64,000 nucleotides of DNA from Carcharhinus amblyrhynchos (Eukaryota), in NCBI GenBank assembly GCA_965287045.1, contig OZ336887.1, positions 30,876,001 through 30,940,000 of the forward strand, read 5' to 3'. The position numbers and the translations under genes are program-made. The first letter of the stretch is position 1; each line of letters opens with the position of its first letter. Of the stretch, positions 26,011 to 38,675 are shown piece by piece. The notes under the pieces were generated by a model. That model saw nothing but the letters and a program-made list of their open reading frames with translations. It was not told the origin of the DNA and did not search any database.

Positions 26011-26309
26011 TCTGAAATTACCCAGATGTTCAAACTGCTGCGACAATAATACCTAGGTATCAATAACATCCATGCAGTATACACTACAGTGGCAATTTTC
26101 CCATCGCACCCACCACAGGAATCGTAGCGGGATGAGAGCAGACCTCAGGCGGGATTTTCAGGTTTTGGAGCAAGCACATCTAGAAAGTCCTGCCCTGCAT
26201 GTTCCATTAAACACTCCCAGGACAGATACAGCAGAGGTTAGATACAATATCCCATCAAAAACTTCTAGGGGAAGATACAGAATGGGTTAGATACAGAATA
26301 CTTAGTGCT

Positions 26310-26930
26310 GCCACAAATGCCGGTGGACAATTAGACAACTAACCAGCAGACGAGGTTCCAAAAATAGCGCCATTCTTAAATGATGAGGAAGAACCAGCAC
26401 ATCAAGGTTAAAGTATTTGCAACCAGCAAATAATCCATCAGGGCCTCTCCTGAGGTTCTCCGCATCACATATGACAGTCTTCAGCCAATTCAATTCACTC
26501 CAAATGATATCTAGAAATGGCTGAAAGCACTGGATACAGAAAAAGCAGTATGCCATGATAACATCCTGGCAGTAGCAGTAAGGACTTTCAGAACTAGCCA
26601 CACCCTAGGCAAGGTTTTTCAGTGTAGCTACAGCACAGGTGTCAACACAACCAAAATAAAAAATTGTCCAGCTAAGTCCTACCCACACAAGTGGAACAAA
26701 TCCAATCTGGCCAATTACCTTCCCATTAGTCTAATCTTGATCATCAGCACTATGACAGAAGGTGTCATTAACTACTATCAGCAACAATAATCTGCTCAGC
26801 AATGCTCTGTTTTGAGTTCCACCAAGACCACTTGGTCCCTGACCTCATTACAGCCTCAGACCAAACATGAACAAAAACGCTAATTTCAAGGGAAGAGATG
26901 AAAGACATCAAGGCAGCACTTGGATTCAGA
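26310..26930 (+). mobile_element. Degenerate LINE (L2/CR1-group) RT-region fragment
   Basis: tccaatctggccaattaccttcccattagtcta (about SNxANYxPISL), plus upstream remnants. Confidence 0.5.
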
Positions 26931-27702
26931 CATTAAAAGAATAATTTTAAGTCATTCACAGAATGTAGTTGCTGCTGGCATGCCAGCATTTATTGCCCAT
27001 CCCTTATTGGTTTTGTGAAAATAATGCTGAGCCACCTTCTTGAATACACTGTGTGACTTGCCATGCAATTTCAAAAGGAAGTTAAGAGCCAACCACATTG
27101 TCTGGAGTCATATGTAGGCCAGACCAGGTAAGTATGGCAGATGTCCTGCTCTACAAAATATTAATGAACCAGGCAGATTTTTACCACAATCCACAATTTT
27201 TACAGTCAAAAAATCTGTTATTAGTATTTTGTTCCAAATTTATTTAATTTGAATTTGCCAACTGCCATGAAGGTGTCATGCCCCGTAAAAGCACGTCCTA
27301 GTCATTATTTTAAAACAAGACTGTCTTCAGTATAGAAATTTCAGGAATTGTCATCTCTTTTAAAATGGACATTAAAAAATGCTACAGATGGCTGTGGAGG
27401 ATTAGGTGATTTCTGCACTTGTTAACTCAAGTCTCCAGAACATTCCAACTAGACTGACCAGGAGTGGGGTACCCCTTTGAATGGACATAGCAAGATGAAA
27501 AACCATCTGTGGAATTCACATCATCTATTATTTGTGGACTTATCCAAAATTCAAAATCTCTCACTATTAAGGCCAACATACCATTTGCCTTCCTTACTAT
27601 CTGCTGTACTTGCATGCTTACTTTCAGCAACTGATGCACAAGGACACCAAGATCTCACTGATTATCCACTCTCTTAATTTAACCCATCGAAGCAATAATC
27701 TA

Positions 27703-29380
27703 CAGAAAAATGCTGGAAAATCTCAGCAGGTCTGACAGCATCTGTGGAGAGAGAGTAGAGCTAATGTTTTGAGTCTAGATGACCCTTCATCAGAGCTGAG
27801 AGAAAAGAGAGTCAGCAGAGATTTATACTATGAGTTAGGGAGGGGTGATGGAATTAGATAAAGGGAATGTAAATAAGCATGAAGAAGGCTGAGAAGTTGT
27901 TGAAAATGTCCATTAAGTGATCGGAGTGTGTTAATGGCAAAACAAAGGTACAACTTAGTAAAGGACTGCTTGAGGAATGTGGCAGTTGGCCTGAAGAAGG
28001 GGGGGGTGGGGGAAGGTGGAAAGGAGAGTGATAAAATGGAGGATAGATGAAATAAAGTAATATAAATGGAAATGGGGTGGAGGGGAAAGTTCATACACTG
28101 AAGCTGTTGAACTCAGTGTTCAGTCCGGAAGGCTGTAATGTGCTGAATTGGCAGATGAGGTGATGTTCCTCCAGCTTGTATTGGGGTTCTCTAGAACAGT
28201 GCAACAGGCCAAGGATGGACATGTGGGCAGGAAAGCAGGGTGGCCTGTTGAAGTGGCAAGCGACACGAAGGTCTGTATCCTGCTTGCAGATGAACCGAAC
28301 CGTTCAAAGCAGTCATGCTGTCTGTGAGGAGAGATTAAATAGACTGAGTCTGTACTCTGAGTTTAGAAGGATGAGGGGGGATCTTATAGAGACGTATAAG
28401 ATAATGAAAGGGATGGATAGGGTAGAGGTAGAGAGATTCTTCCTGCTCAAAAAGGACAGCAGGACTAGAGGGCACAGCCTCAAGATAAGGGAGGGACAGT
28501 TTAGAACGGAGTTGAGGAGGAACTTCTTCACTCAAAGGGTGGTGAATCTCTGGAATTCTCTGCCCGTTGAAGTGGTGGAGGCTACCTCGCTAAATATATT
28601 TAAGTCAAGGGTAGATAGGTTTTTGACAGACAAGGGAATTAAGGGTTATGGGGAGAAAGCGGGAAAGTGGAACTGAGCCACTTCAGATCAGCCATGATCT
28701 TATTGAATGGCGGGGCAGGCTCAAAGGGCTAGATGGCCTACTCCTGCTCCTATTTCTTATGTTCTTATGTGTTTAGTCATTCAATGTAGAGTAGACCGCA
28801 TTGGAAGCAGCAAATGCAAAACACCAAACTAAAGGAGATGCAGCTGCTTCACCTGGAAGGGGTGTTTAGGACTTTGGACACTGAACAGGGAGGAGGTAAA
28901 GGAGCAGGTGTTGCATCTTCTACAATTGCATGGGAAGGTGCAGTGGGCAGGGGGTGAGGTGTTGGGTGTGATGGAGGAGTGGACCAGGGTGTCCTGGAGA
29001 GAATGGTCCCTGTGGAATGCTGACAGGGATGGGGTGAAGGAAAGATGTGTTGGAGTTGGCGGAAATGACAGAGGGTGACTCTTTGTGTGCAGAGATGGTG
29101 AGTGAAAAATGAGGATAAGGGGGACTCTGTCCTGGTTCTGGGAGTGTGAAGAGGGGGTAGAGGGGGTGAGAGCAATGGCCTGGGGCGTGTGTTGGACATG
29201 GTTGAGGGGCCTGTGAACCACAGTGGGTAGAAAATTACGATTGAGGAAGAAGGAAGATATATCAGCTGTGCTAGTTTGGAAAGTGGCACCATCAGAACAG
29301 ATGCAGCAGAGGCGAAGAAACTGAAAGAATGGAATAGAGTCCTTACAGGATATGGAATGTGAAGAGCTGTAGTCAAGGTA
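27703..29380 (-). mobile_element. Penelope-like element, 3' part (RT thumb, Cys linker, GIY-YIG remnant, terminal repeat)
   Basis: YLDYSSSHSISCKDSIPFFQFLRLCCICSD, CTFPCNCRRCNTC and LVFCICCFQCGLLYI; decayed hammerhead at 27758-27797. The element continues at 38676-38822. Confidence 0.85.
28322..28770 (+). mobile_element. Young CR1 3' fragment inserted in the Penelope element
   Basis: EERLNRLSLYSEFRRMRGDLIETYKIMKG...FFTQRVVNLWNSLP; ttcttatgttcttatg tail; same subfamily as 13598 and 52491. Confidence 0.95.
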
Positions 29381-30283
29381 TGTTACAACACAGAGATTAA
29401 TCTCTTTACTTCGCTTCATAATATGCTACAATTATTTGGGAAGATGTTTTTTATTCTTAATTATCATTTAGAGGTTCACTAATACAAAGGCCTGACACTC
29501 GCTTTAAGTGAACAATTAACACAGTATTTTGTTTAAATAACCAGGAACTTTAACAAAACAAGTAACATATTAATTAAGGTACAGTTTGACTGAAATGCTG
29601 TTCAAATAATACAAGGAACATTCATTACCAATGCAGTAATAACGGAATTTGTCATTTTCAAAAGAAATATACAACCAGGTCTGATAGCTTTCAAAAATTT
29701 TGGAGTTCTTCGGTAGTTGTCCTCTCTCTATAAGTGCTGTCTGATTTGGTACATTTCGCTGGTTAGAAGGTTAGATGGCAGAGTTAAGAACCAACTGCTC
29801 CAGTTGATCTAACTGCCCTTAACTGCCTCAGTCAATCTAATTGCCCTGCTTCTGGTTGAACTCCTGGCTCAACACCTGGTGGGACTGAACAGAAGGAAGT
29901 TGAGTTCCTCTTTTATATTCCTGATGACCTATGCATTCTCTACATCAGGATTGGATTGATGCTGACAACAGCAGCAAATTCAAATCTAATAGGTTCCCTT
30001 TTAGCTGAGTGATTTCTTTAAACTCATAGGCTGTTAGCCTAGTGTCTTCTTTAAACTCGTAGGCTAACAAAATACAAAAACCTGCAGAGCAGGTTATCAA
30101 GGCCGATCTTGAGGCTTGGTGCTCAAAGCAAATGTTGCAACTAGTACTCTGCATTTTAAACATCTATGTTTTTGAAGACACTGATGCAACCAGCTTTTAA
30201 AAGGGACCAAGCATTGTTGTTTTCCCTCTAGTATTTTACATTCTTCACAGACATTCTGTTCACCTTTATAAACTAAATGTCAC
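29381..30283 (-). repeat. 3' LTR of the Gypsy element
   Basis: TGTTACAACA...TGTCA; colinear with 37763-38672 and visibly diverged from it. Confidence 0.9.
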
Positions 30284-30331
30284 CTCCCCCCTTCTGAAAA
30301 AATGAACCATCAACATGAAAAGATGGCTTCA

Positions 30332-30948
30332 TTTTAGTTTTTTCTTCTTCGATAGGAGCAATTTTTAATTACTTTGCAAGTCTGTACAAGAGATTTATTT
30401 TTAGTACTTTTAAACTTTTCTTCCTTGAACAGAGTCTTAATGATCACTTCCTTTTTGGTGTGCAGACATTCTTCATGACGTTTATGAGCTTCCTTGGTCT
30501 TGCAAGCTTCAGCCCGGTCAGCCAGTTTCTTCTTGCAAGTCTTGTCTGCCTTCAGTTTGTGAATGTGCTCCATCAAGAAATGCTTATTCTTGAAGACATT
30601 ATCCTTCACCTTCAGATACAGTTTGTGATACACGTAGCAATCAATCTCCTTGGACTCCCTGTATCCACAAAGCAGACGCCTCAGAATTCTCATTCTCAAC
30701 CAGGCTGCATGCGAACATTACCTGTACTCTTTTCGCTTACCGATGCTCATGTGCCAGCCCTTCCTTCATGCAAGGGTGTTCTTCCTGCATAGAACATGCA
30801 AATGTACAATCACAGGCTTGTGGATAATTAGACCATCTTTCATTAATTGATCTGTTGATGAAAATTGGCATTGGCAAACTCATTTGTTTCATTAGGATCC
30901 AGCCAGTCGGCCAGCCTCTTCTGAAGCCTAAACCTACTCATGGCCGCT
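30332..30948 (-). pseudogene. rpl19: Processed pseudogene of 60S ribosomal protein L19
   Basis: ATG at 30941: [81 protein letters not shown]. No introns; frameshifts, deletions and stops. ATTAAA at 30364-30369 and an A-rich tract at 30332-30349. Confidence 0.95.
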
Positions 30949-32297
30949 TTTCGACAGAACAGCTACTTGCCAGTACCCATGAAGTATGTCCAACTTTGTG
31001 TTGTAAGTATCTTGTCCTCCTTTTTCCATCTAATCTTCCAACTTCAGAATTGGATATGAGTCAGCTTTAGTTACTGCATTGACCTTTTGATAATCTACGC
31101 AGAACTGTTGAGTACCATCACTTGGACACGGTTCTATGATATCATTTTGTATCATCACTTCTACTTTCTTTTGAACCTGCCCTGCTTTGAGAGATTAAGC
31201 CAATAACAATGTTGTTTTTCAGAACAGCATTCCTTACGTCAACCTCATGTACTACAGTATTAGTCCTACCGACTATGTAAATGTAACATGGTTACTTCTG
31301 TAACAAGTCTTTCGATTCAGTGCTCTGATCTTGGGACAGAGAGTTCACTACTCTATTCCAGTCTTTAAGGACTTCATTATTTATTTTTAGATACATTAAA
31401 ATCCACATCACTGGAATTTGATTTCTCACTCTGAGTAGCAGTAGAGTGGAATTCATCACTCTGAGTGGCAGTAGGATTGGATTCCTCAGTTTGACTGGCT
31501 TTATGATATAAATCCTGTCTGTTGTAATTCCCTTAATTTTCCTGAACTAAACACATAAGCCTGCTTATGTTCTTCCCTTACCATTTCGTCAAACAGAGTG
31601 TCAGCTAAATGGACCTCAACTCCTTCATCTTTCTCTTTTGTTCTCTCTTCCTGTTTTAACTTGCGGCTCTGGGATCTTGTATATATAATTTCCATAAATA
31701 AACTGGATTCATAGAATAGCCAGAATTTCCATCACACCCACTATCACTTCCCCAGTCTTGATTGGACTCTAGTCTTATTTTACACAATGGAACACTGCTC
31801 CCTTCTCCATTTATTCCACTGATTACCCTTCTCTTGGGCAGTATTTCAGAAGGAGTGCAAAGATCCTCATCTCTAACTATTGGAGACAGACTAGCCCCCG
31901 TATCTCTCAATATTTTAACTTCTTTACCTAATTCCCCTCTTCTATCTAAGTAAACCTCACCCCACAGGTGAAGTCTTTGAAAAGATTAGACTCTCATCTT
32001 ATCATCCAGCCTGTGGCTAAGCTGTGCATTTGCCTTCAGCTCCTTGATTTCTCTCGGGATTGCTTTCACTACTTTAACTCGTCCCATTAGTTGAGCCCTT
32101 TTTACCACACCCTTTTACTCAGTGCCTTTCTTAAACCACCAGCACTGTAACTTTATGCGCCCCACCTAAATCACAGTGAAAACACCTGAGGCCCTTCACC
32201 TCTTTTCCATTCTCTTGGGTGTCTTTTTCACAGGGAATAAACTGTTCCCAGTGTGATCTACTTTTGGTTTTTCATTGAAGGATTTTCTTCTTTCCCT

Positions 32298-35200
32298 CAC
32301 TGACTTAAATGGCTGTCAGAACCATACCCCCAGTGCGACCTGCAACTTTTGTGGCAGGTCAAAGTGGGAGATGCACATCACTGGCCTTGCACCTGCACAT
32401 CTCCCACGGCTGGTGAATAGTCGCCAGTCAGACCATGCCGGAAACCGGTGGGAAGGCAGGTAAGTAATTTGAATCTTTTTAAAATGTATTTTAAATATGC
32501 TTAGCAGGTCATTATCAGGAACTTTCAGGTCCCGATCGAATCTTCCACCCTGCCAGGAGTACTTCATTCTGGCAGGGATCAAACTAGCTCCCCAAGTTCA
32601 GGGAACTAGTGGGACACCCTGCCGGAATGAAGGGGGGCAATCGGGGCCCCCAAGGGGCTCGGGAGGTGCATGATGGTGCTCCTGGGGCATGGGCACCCTG
32701 GCAGTGCCAGCCTGTGCCCATGAGCAGGGGGCACTTTGGCACTGCCCACTGGGCACAGGGCCTATTGTGGGCAAGGCTTAGGGGCAGTGGGGGTGGGGGA
32801 TCCCACTGCCACTTGCAGGTAAGATTGGTCAGGGCTGGAGGGAGGGCAGCGATTGAGGTGGGCTGAGGGGGGGGGATGGTCTGCTGGTGGGGGAGGGGAG
32901 GGGCCTGCCTCCCAGGGGTGTCTGACTCTGGGAGGGGAGTCAGCAAAGGGGGAGGGGGTCTGCAGGGGATCACCACTGCTGGCAGGGAGGTGGGATGTGC
33001 ATTGGGGCACTCTGATACTGGGGGAGGGTCCCAGGAATTGATGTGGGCACCACGATTGGGCCATGGGTGGGTGGGTGGGTGTGGGGGGGGGGAGGGGGGA
33101 GGCTGGAGGGGCAGCACTGCAAGTGTCAGGACCACTGGGCATGCACAGAGGGCCTTGATGTTTATGAGGAAGTTAGATGTGGTGGCAGTAACGGAGACGT
33201 GGTTAAGGGAAGGGCAGGACTGGCAGCTGAATGTTCCTGGGTATGTGTTTTAGGTGTGACAGAGGAGGGTTGAAGAGAGGTGGTGGGGTGGCACTGTTGG
33301 TAAAGGAGCACATCACAGCAGTGCAGAGGGAGGATAATATGGAGGAGTTAGGGATTGAGTCACTGTGGGTAGAGTTGAGGAATAAAAAGGGGGAGATTAC
33401 AATGCTAGGGGTATACTATAGGCCACCCAACAGCCCGAGGTCAGTGGAGGAAGGTATTTGCAGAGGCATTTTAGATAGGTGCAGAAAGAATAAGGTGGTT
33501 GTAGTGGGTGACTTTAATCTTCCTGGAGTGGATTGGAAGGTGCCTAGAGCTGGGGGTATGGATGGGGAGGAGTTTGTAAAATGTGTGCTGGAAGGGTCCC
33601 TGGAGCAGTACGTAACTAGCCCGACGAGGGAGGGGGCTATACTGGATTTAGTGTTGGGTAATGAGCCGGGGCAGGTGGTTGAGGTTGAGGTAGGCGAACA
33701 TGTGGCTAACAGTGATCACAAGTCCGTCTACTTTTGGATAAAAATGGAATGGGATGAGTGCCGTCCGAAGGGGAGGGTGCTGAACTGGGGGAAGGCGAGC
33801 TATAGCCGGATTAGGAGGGAGCTGAAGGACACTGATTGGGAGGGGTTGTTAGCGGGCAAGTCCACAGTTGGTAAGTGGGAGGCTTTCAAGGGCAAACTGA
33901 TAATGTTGCAGGAAAGGCATGTGCCGGCAAAGAGGAAGGATGGGAAAGGTAGGATTAGAGAGCCGTGGATTACAGGGGGTATCGAAGACTTGGTCAGGAA
34001 GAAGAGGGAGGCATATGTTAGGTCGAAACAACTGGGAACGGAGACTGCGCTGGAAGAATATAGAGAGAGTAGGAGGGAGCTTAAAAGGGGAGTTAGAAGG
34101 GCGAAAAGAGGGCATGAAATGGCTTTGGCTGATAGGATTAAGGAAAATCCAAAGGCATTTTACTCTTATATTAGGAGCAAGAGAGAGTGGTTAGAGGGAA
34201 AATTGGTCCTCTTAGGGACAAAGGAGGGGAGCTATGCATCGAGTCTGAGGGAATGGGGGAGATCCTGAATGAATACTTTGCGTCAGTGTTCACGACGGAG
34301 AGGGGTTTGGTGTCGTGTAATGTCTTGGAGGGAGCTGTAGATCAGTGGAAGGAAATATCCATCATGAGGGAGGAAGTGCTAAGGTTTTTAGGTAGCATAA
34401 AAACGGATAAAGCTCCAGGGCCTGATGGTATTTATCCCAGGCTGCTTAGGGAGGTGAAAGATGAAATTGCTGGGCCTCTGACGCAAATCTTTGTCTCTTC
34501 CTTGGACACAGGTGAGGTCCCAGAGGACTGGAGGGTAGCTAATGTGGTACCGCTGTTTAAAAAGGGTAGTAGGGATAACCCGGGTAATTATAGACCAGTG
34601 AGTTTGACATCGGTGGTAGGAAAATTATTGGAAAAAATTCTTAGGGATAGGATGTATGAGCATTTGGAGGGATACGCAACATGGCTTTGTTCGGGGGAGG
34701 TCTTGCCTTACGAATCCGGTAGAATCTTTCGAGGAGGTGACAAAAACGGTTGACGATGGGCGAACCGTTGATGTCATCTATATGGAATTCAGTAAGGCGT
34801 TTGATAAAGTCCCTCACGGTAGGCTGGTAGAAAAGGTTAAGGCACATGGGATACAAGGACAGGTAGCTAGGTGGATTGAAAACTGGCTGGGCAATAGGAG
34901 ACAGAGAGTAGTAGTGGAAGGGTCCTTTTCTGGCTGGAGGTCAGTCACCAGTGGTGTGCCGCAGGGCTCAGTACTGGGACCTCTCCTCTTTGTAGTATAT
35001 ATAAACGACTTGGAAGAGGGCGTACGTGGTGTGATCAGCAAGTCTGCGGATGGCACCAAGATGGCAGGATTGGCAGATACTGAGGAGGACTGTCAGGTGA
35101 CACAGCAGGATATAGATAGGTTGGTATATTGGGCAGATAGAATGTAATCCTGACAAATGCTAGGTGATGCATTTTGGAAGGAATAATGCAGGGAGGAGTT

Positions 35201-36570
35201 ACATGATAAAAGGTAGACCGATTAAGAGTATAGAAATACAGAAGGACCTGGGAGTGCAGGTGCACAAGTCTCTGAAGGTGTCAACACAGGTAGAGAAGGT
35301 TGTGAAGAAAGCTTATGGAATGCTAGCCTTTATAGGAAGGGGTATAGAGTATAAGAGCTGCCGTCTAATGCTTCAGTTGTACAGAACGCTGGTTAGGCCG
35401 CATTTGGAGTACTGCGTCCAGTTCTGGTCACCTTACTACCAGAAGGACGTGGAGACCCTGGAGAGGGTGCAGAGGAGGTTTACCAGGATGTTGCCTGGCA
35501 TGGAAGGACTGAGTTACAAGGAAAGGTTGGAGAAACTGGGGCTCTTCTCCTTAGAAAGACGGAGATTAAGGGGGGGATCTGATAGAGGTGTATAAAATAA
35601 TGAAGGGAATAGATAGAGTCAACAGTGGTAGGCTTTTCCCTAGATTGGGGATAATTACGAGAGGTCACGATCTAAGAGTGAGGGGGGAGAAGTATAATTT
35701 GGATACTAGAGGAAGGTTTTTCACTCAGAGGGTCGTGGGGGTATGGAACGCGCTACCAAGTAAGGTGGTGGAGGCAGGCACGTTGAACTTGTTTAAGGTT
35801 TACTTAGATAGACACGAGTGAAACAGGGATGGAGGGCTATAGAAGACGGTATTAAAAAGGGTCAGAGCCTCGGGACGACACCGGAAAAGTAGTATTACGT
35901 GTTAATGTTTTGACTCTTTTAATCCACAGGCGTCGGTCCACCTTGTTGTCAAACAAGGGGCATGCACACGGTGGGTCATGTGTGGGCTGCTCTTGGAGAT
36001 TTTGAGAGTGGCCTAGTACTTCATGTCGTTGTGCGCGCTTAACCCTGGACCAGCAGACGGGCACCACAACAGCTCAGTGACTATCAATCACTGCTAGCTG
36101 TGCAGATACATGGATTTGGGGCTGTGTCTGTGGGAGTTTGCGCATTCTCCCTGTGGTTGCGTGGGTTTCCTCCGGGTGCTCCGGTTTCCTCCCACACCCC
36201 AAAGATTTGCTCTTAGGCTGATTGGTGTACCAAATTGACCCTACACTATTCTCCCCTGAATCTGGCTACATTAGGGGTTCCACTCACATACACACAGGAC
36301 AGGGTAGGTGTAGGAAAATGCTTTGTTGAAAAGGCGGCGCGGGCTCGTTGGGCCGAAGGGCCTGTTTCCCGTGCTGGGTTGTTCTTTGTTCAGAGTTCCA
36401 GAACTGTCAAACTCTGGTGTGAATAGGTCCCACCCCCCTGGGTTTTTAATGATATTCATCATTGGAAACTCTACAATGCACGGAGTGCGGGTGAGAAGCT
36501 GAACTGACCAAACAGTCGGAAATTCAAACAGTTTTCCTGCCAATTCAGCAGTTTTGGGAAAATCCACCAA
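32298..36570. mobile_element. GC-rich non-autonomous element inserted in Gypsy gag and split by the CR1 (pieces 32298-33150 and 36391-36570)
   Basis: Abrupt GC shift inside gag with ggcagtgcc/gggcac motifs; gag reading resumes on both sides. Family not determined. Confidence 0.5.
33151..36390 (+). mobile_element. CR1 LINE with near-complete ORF2 (APE endonuclease + RT, frameshifted) and a V-SINE-containing 3' end
   Basis: DVVAVTETWL, GVYYRPP, VGDFN, LDLVL, SDH, KAPGPDG, NYRPVSLTS and [10 protein letters not shown] motifs. CAGAG duplicated at 33146-33150 and 36391-36395. Confidence 0.92.
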
Positions 36571-37762
36571 ATCTTCAAAATTTCAATTTATGCGCTAATG
36601 CGTAATCATCCACCATCTCTGCAGCTTTTCTCACTGTCTTAACTTTCTGTTCCTCAACAGGAATTCTGAAAGTGAGTTTTTGAATTCCTCTCTCATACAT
36701 CTTTTCAATCTTTCTAATTTCTATAGGCTATTGAGTTGGATGATCAGCCATGATCGTGATGAATGGCAGAGCAGGCTCAAAGGGCTCCTGCTCCTATCTT
36801 CTATGTTTCTACATAATGCTCTCACTCATTTATCAAAGTTGTTCTGCTTAACTCTTTCACACTCAATTCATGGCTGATCTGGTTCCTTCCTCACATTTAT
36901 GAAACTTTGGTTTGTTTCTGGTACCAGTTCGTAAGCACTCAAAAGAGCTTTCTTTACTTCTTCATACTTTCCTGACATCTCTACCATGACTGCCAACACC
37001 TCAGTAGCCCTGCCTACCAACTTGTTCTGAACATATCCTCTGGCAGTTTCATCTGTGTAGCCAATTTCTCAAAGGATGTGAAAAAGGCTTCTGCGTCCTT
37101 CTCATCGAATTTTGGTAATGTCTGGACATATTTATATATACCTTTACCAGGCGATGCTGGTAAAGGTGAGTCTATGCTGAGTCTGCTCATTATCACTTCT
37201 ATCTAGTACTCTTTCTCCTATCATTTGAAGTCGTCTTTTTCCATTTCCAACTTTTTCTTTTCTAAGTCAAACAATTTTCTCTTTCCCTTTCTTCTGTTAG
37301 GGCCTACCTGTCTCTTTCCTTTTCTCTTTCTTCACTCCAGCCTTTCAATTTCATTTTCTAACTCCAATTTCTTTATTTGTAATTTTTTTTCTAATTCCAA
37401 TACACTTGACTGTTTTTCTGCTAGACTCAAGTGCCTGACTAACCCTTTTATAATTTCAACTTTCTTATTCTCCCTTGTTATACCCACTTTTAGCTTGTTT
37501 GCTAATTCTACAAGTGTTGTCTTTTTCTGTTTTTCTAATGTTTCTTGGCAAATTTGGGAAGCATCGTCGATCGCCAAAACCACTTTCACAATATTAAGAT
37601 CCATTTCCTCCCTTAGGTTTATTTTAAAGATTTAAGACTGTTTAAATCCCTCACTTAGGGTTGATTTAAAGATTTAAAACTCTTCAGATCCAGGACATAA
37701 GGATCTTGGGTTGTTCAAATCTCATGTAGGACTGTTCAGATCCAGAACATGAACTCCCAATC

Positions 37763-38672
37763 TATTACAACACAAAGATTAATTCCTGTTACCTCACGTC
37801 GTAATATGACACAATTATTTGGGAAAGTGTTGTCTGTTCTTAATTAATGTTTAGAGGTTCATTAATATAAAGGCCTCATACTCACTTTAAGTGAATAATT
37901 AACAAGGTATTTTATTTAAATAACCAGGAACTTTAATTAACAAGAAACATATTAATTAAAGCACAGTTCAAATGAAATGCTATTCAAATAATACAAGGAA
38001 CATTCATTACCAAAGCAGTAATAACAGAATTTTAGTCATTCTCAAAGAAAATGTACAACCAAAGTCTTACAGCATTCAAAAGCTTTGGAGTTCTTTGGTA
38101 GTTGTCCGCTGTAAGTACTGTCTAATTTGGTACATTTCGCTGGTTAGAGGGTGAGTTATCTTAGGACCTATCTGAAGCTGGCAGAGTTAAGAACCAACCG
38201 CTCCAGTTGATCTAACTACCATTAACTGCTTCAGTTAACGTAATTGCTCTGCTTCTGGTTGAACTCCTGGCTGAACCCCTGGTGGAACTGAACTGAAGGC
38301 AGCTGAATTTGTCTTTTATATTCCTGATGACTATGCATTCCCTAGATCAGGACTGGATTGATGCTGACAAGAACAGCAAACTCAAATCTGATAGCTGAGT
38401 GTTTTCTTTAAACTCAAAGGCTGTTAGCTAAGTTTCTTCTTTAAACTCATAGGCTAACAAAATGCAAAAGCCTGCAGAGCCAATTCCAAGGCAACCCTTG
38501 AAAGGTATTCAAAAGAAATGTTGCAATTTAAGAGTCTGTTTGTACTCTGAATTTTAAACATCTCAACATTGAACAAAATCAGCTTTTGGAGTGACTACAC
38601 ACTGTTGTTTCTCCTCAAGCATTTTACACTCTTTACAGACATTCTGTACATCTTTATAAACTCAATTTCACA
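37763..38672 (-). repeat. 5' LTR of the Gypsy element
   Basis: TATTACAACA...TTTCACA. The adjacent minus-strand TGGGAGTTCATGTTCTGGAT may be a decayed tRNA-Pro-type PBS. Confidence 0.9.
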
Positions 38673-38675
38673 AAT

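Larger units (their letters stand above)
29381..38672 (-). mobile_element. Gypsy (Gmr1-like) LTR retrotransposon, internally deleted, with paired LTRs
   Basis: Paired LTRs at 29381-~30283 and 37763-~38672; PPT AGAAGGGGGGAGG next to the 3' LTR. Gag remnants (LPKFDEKDAEAFFTSFEKLA), a degenerate zinc knuckle near 32170, protease RDTGAS and RT start FCVDYQKVNAVTKADSYP...GYWQV. aaggta occurs at both flanks. Confidence 0.9.

Noticed and set aside
30334-30699. Functional RPL19 gene
   Set aside because: Frameshifts, deletions, a stop and many non-conservative changes in a highly conserved protein.
32584-33253. Pro-rich and Gly-rich ORFs
   Set aside because: By-products of a G-rich repeat element.
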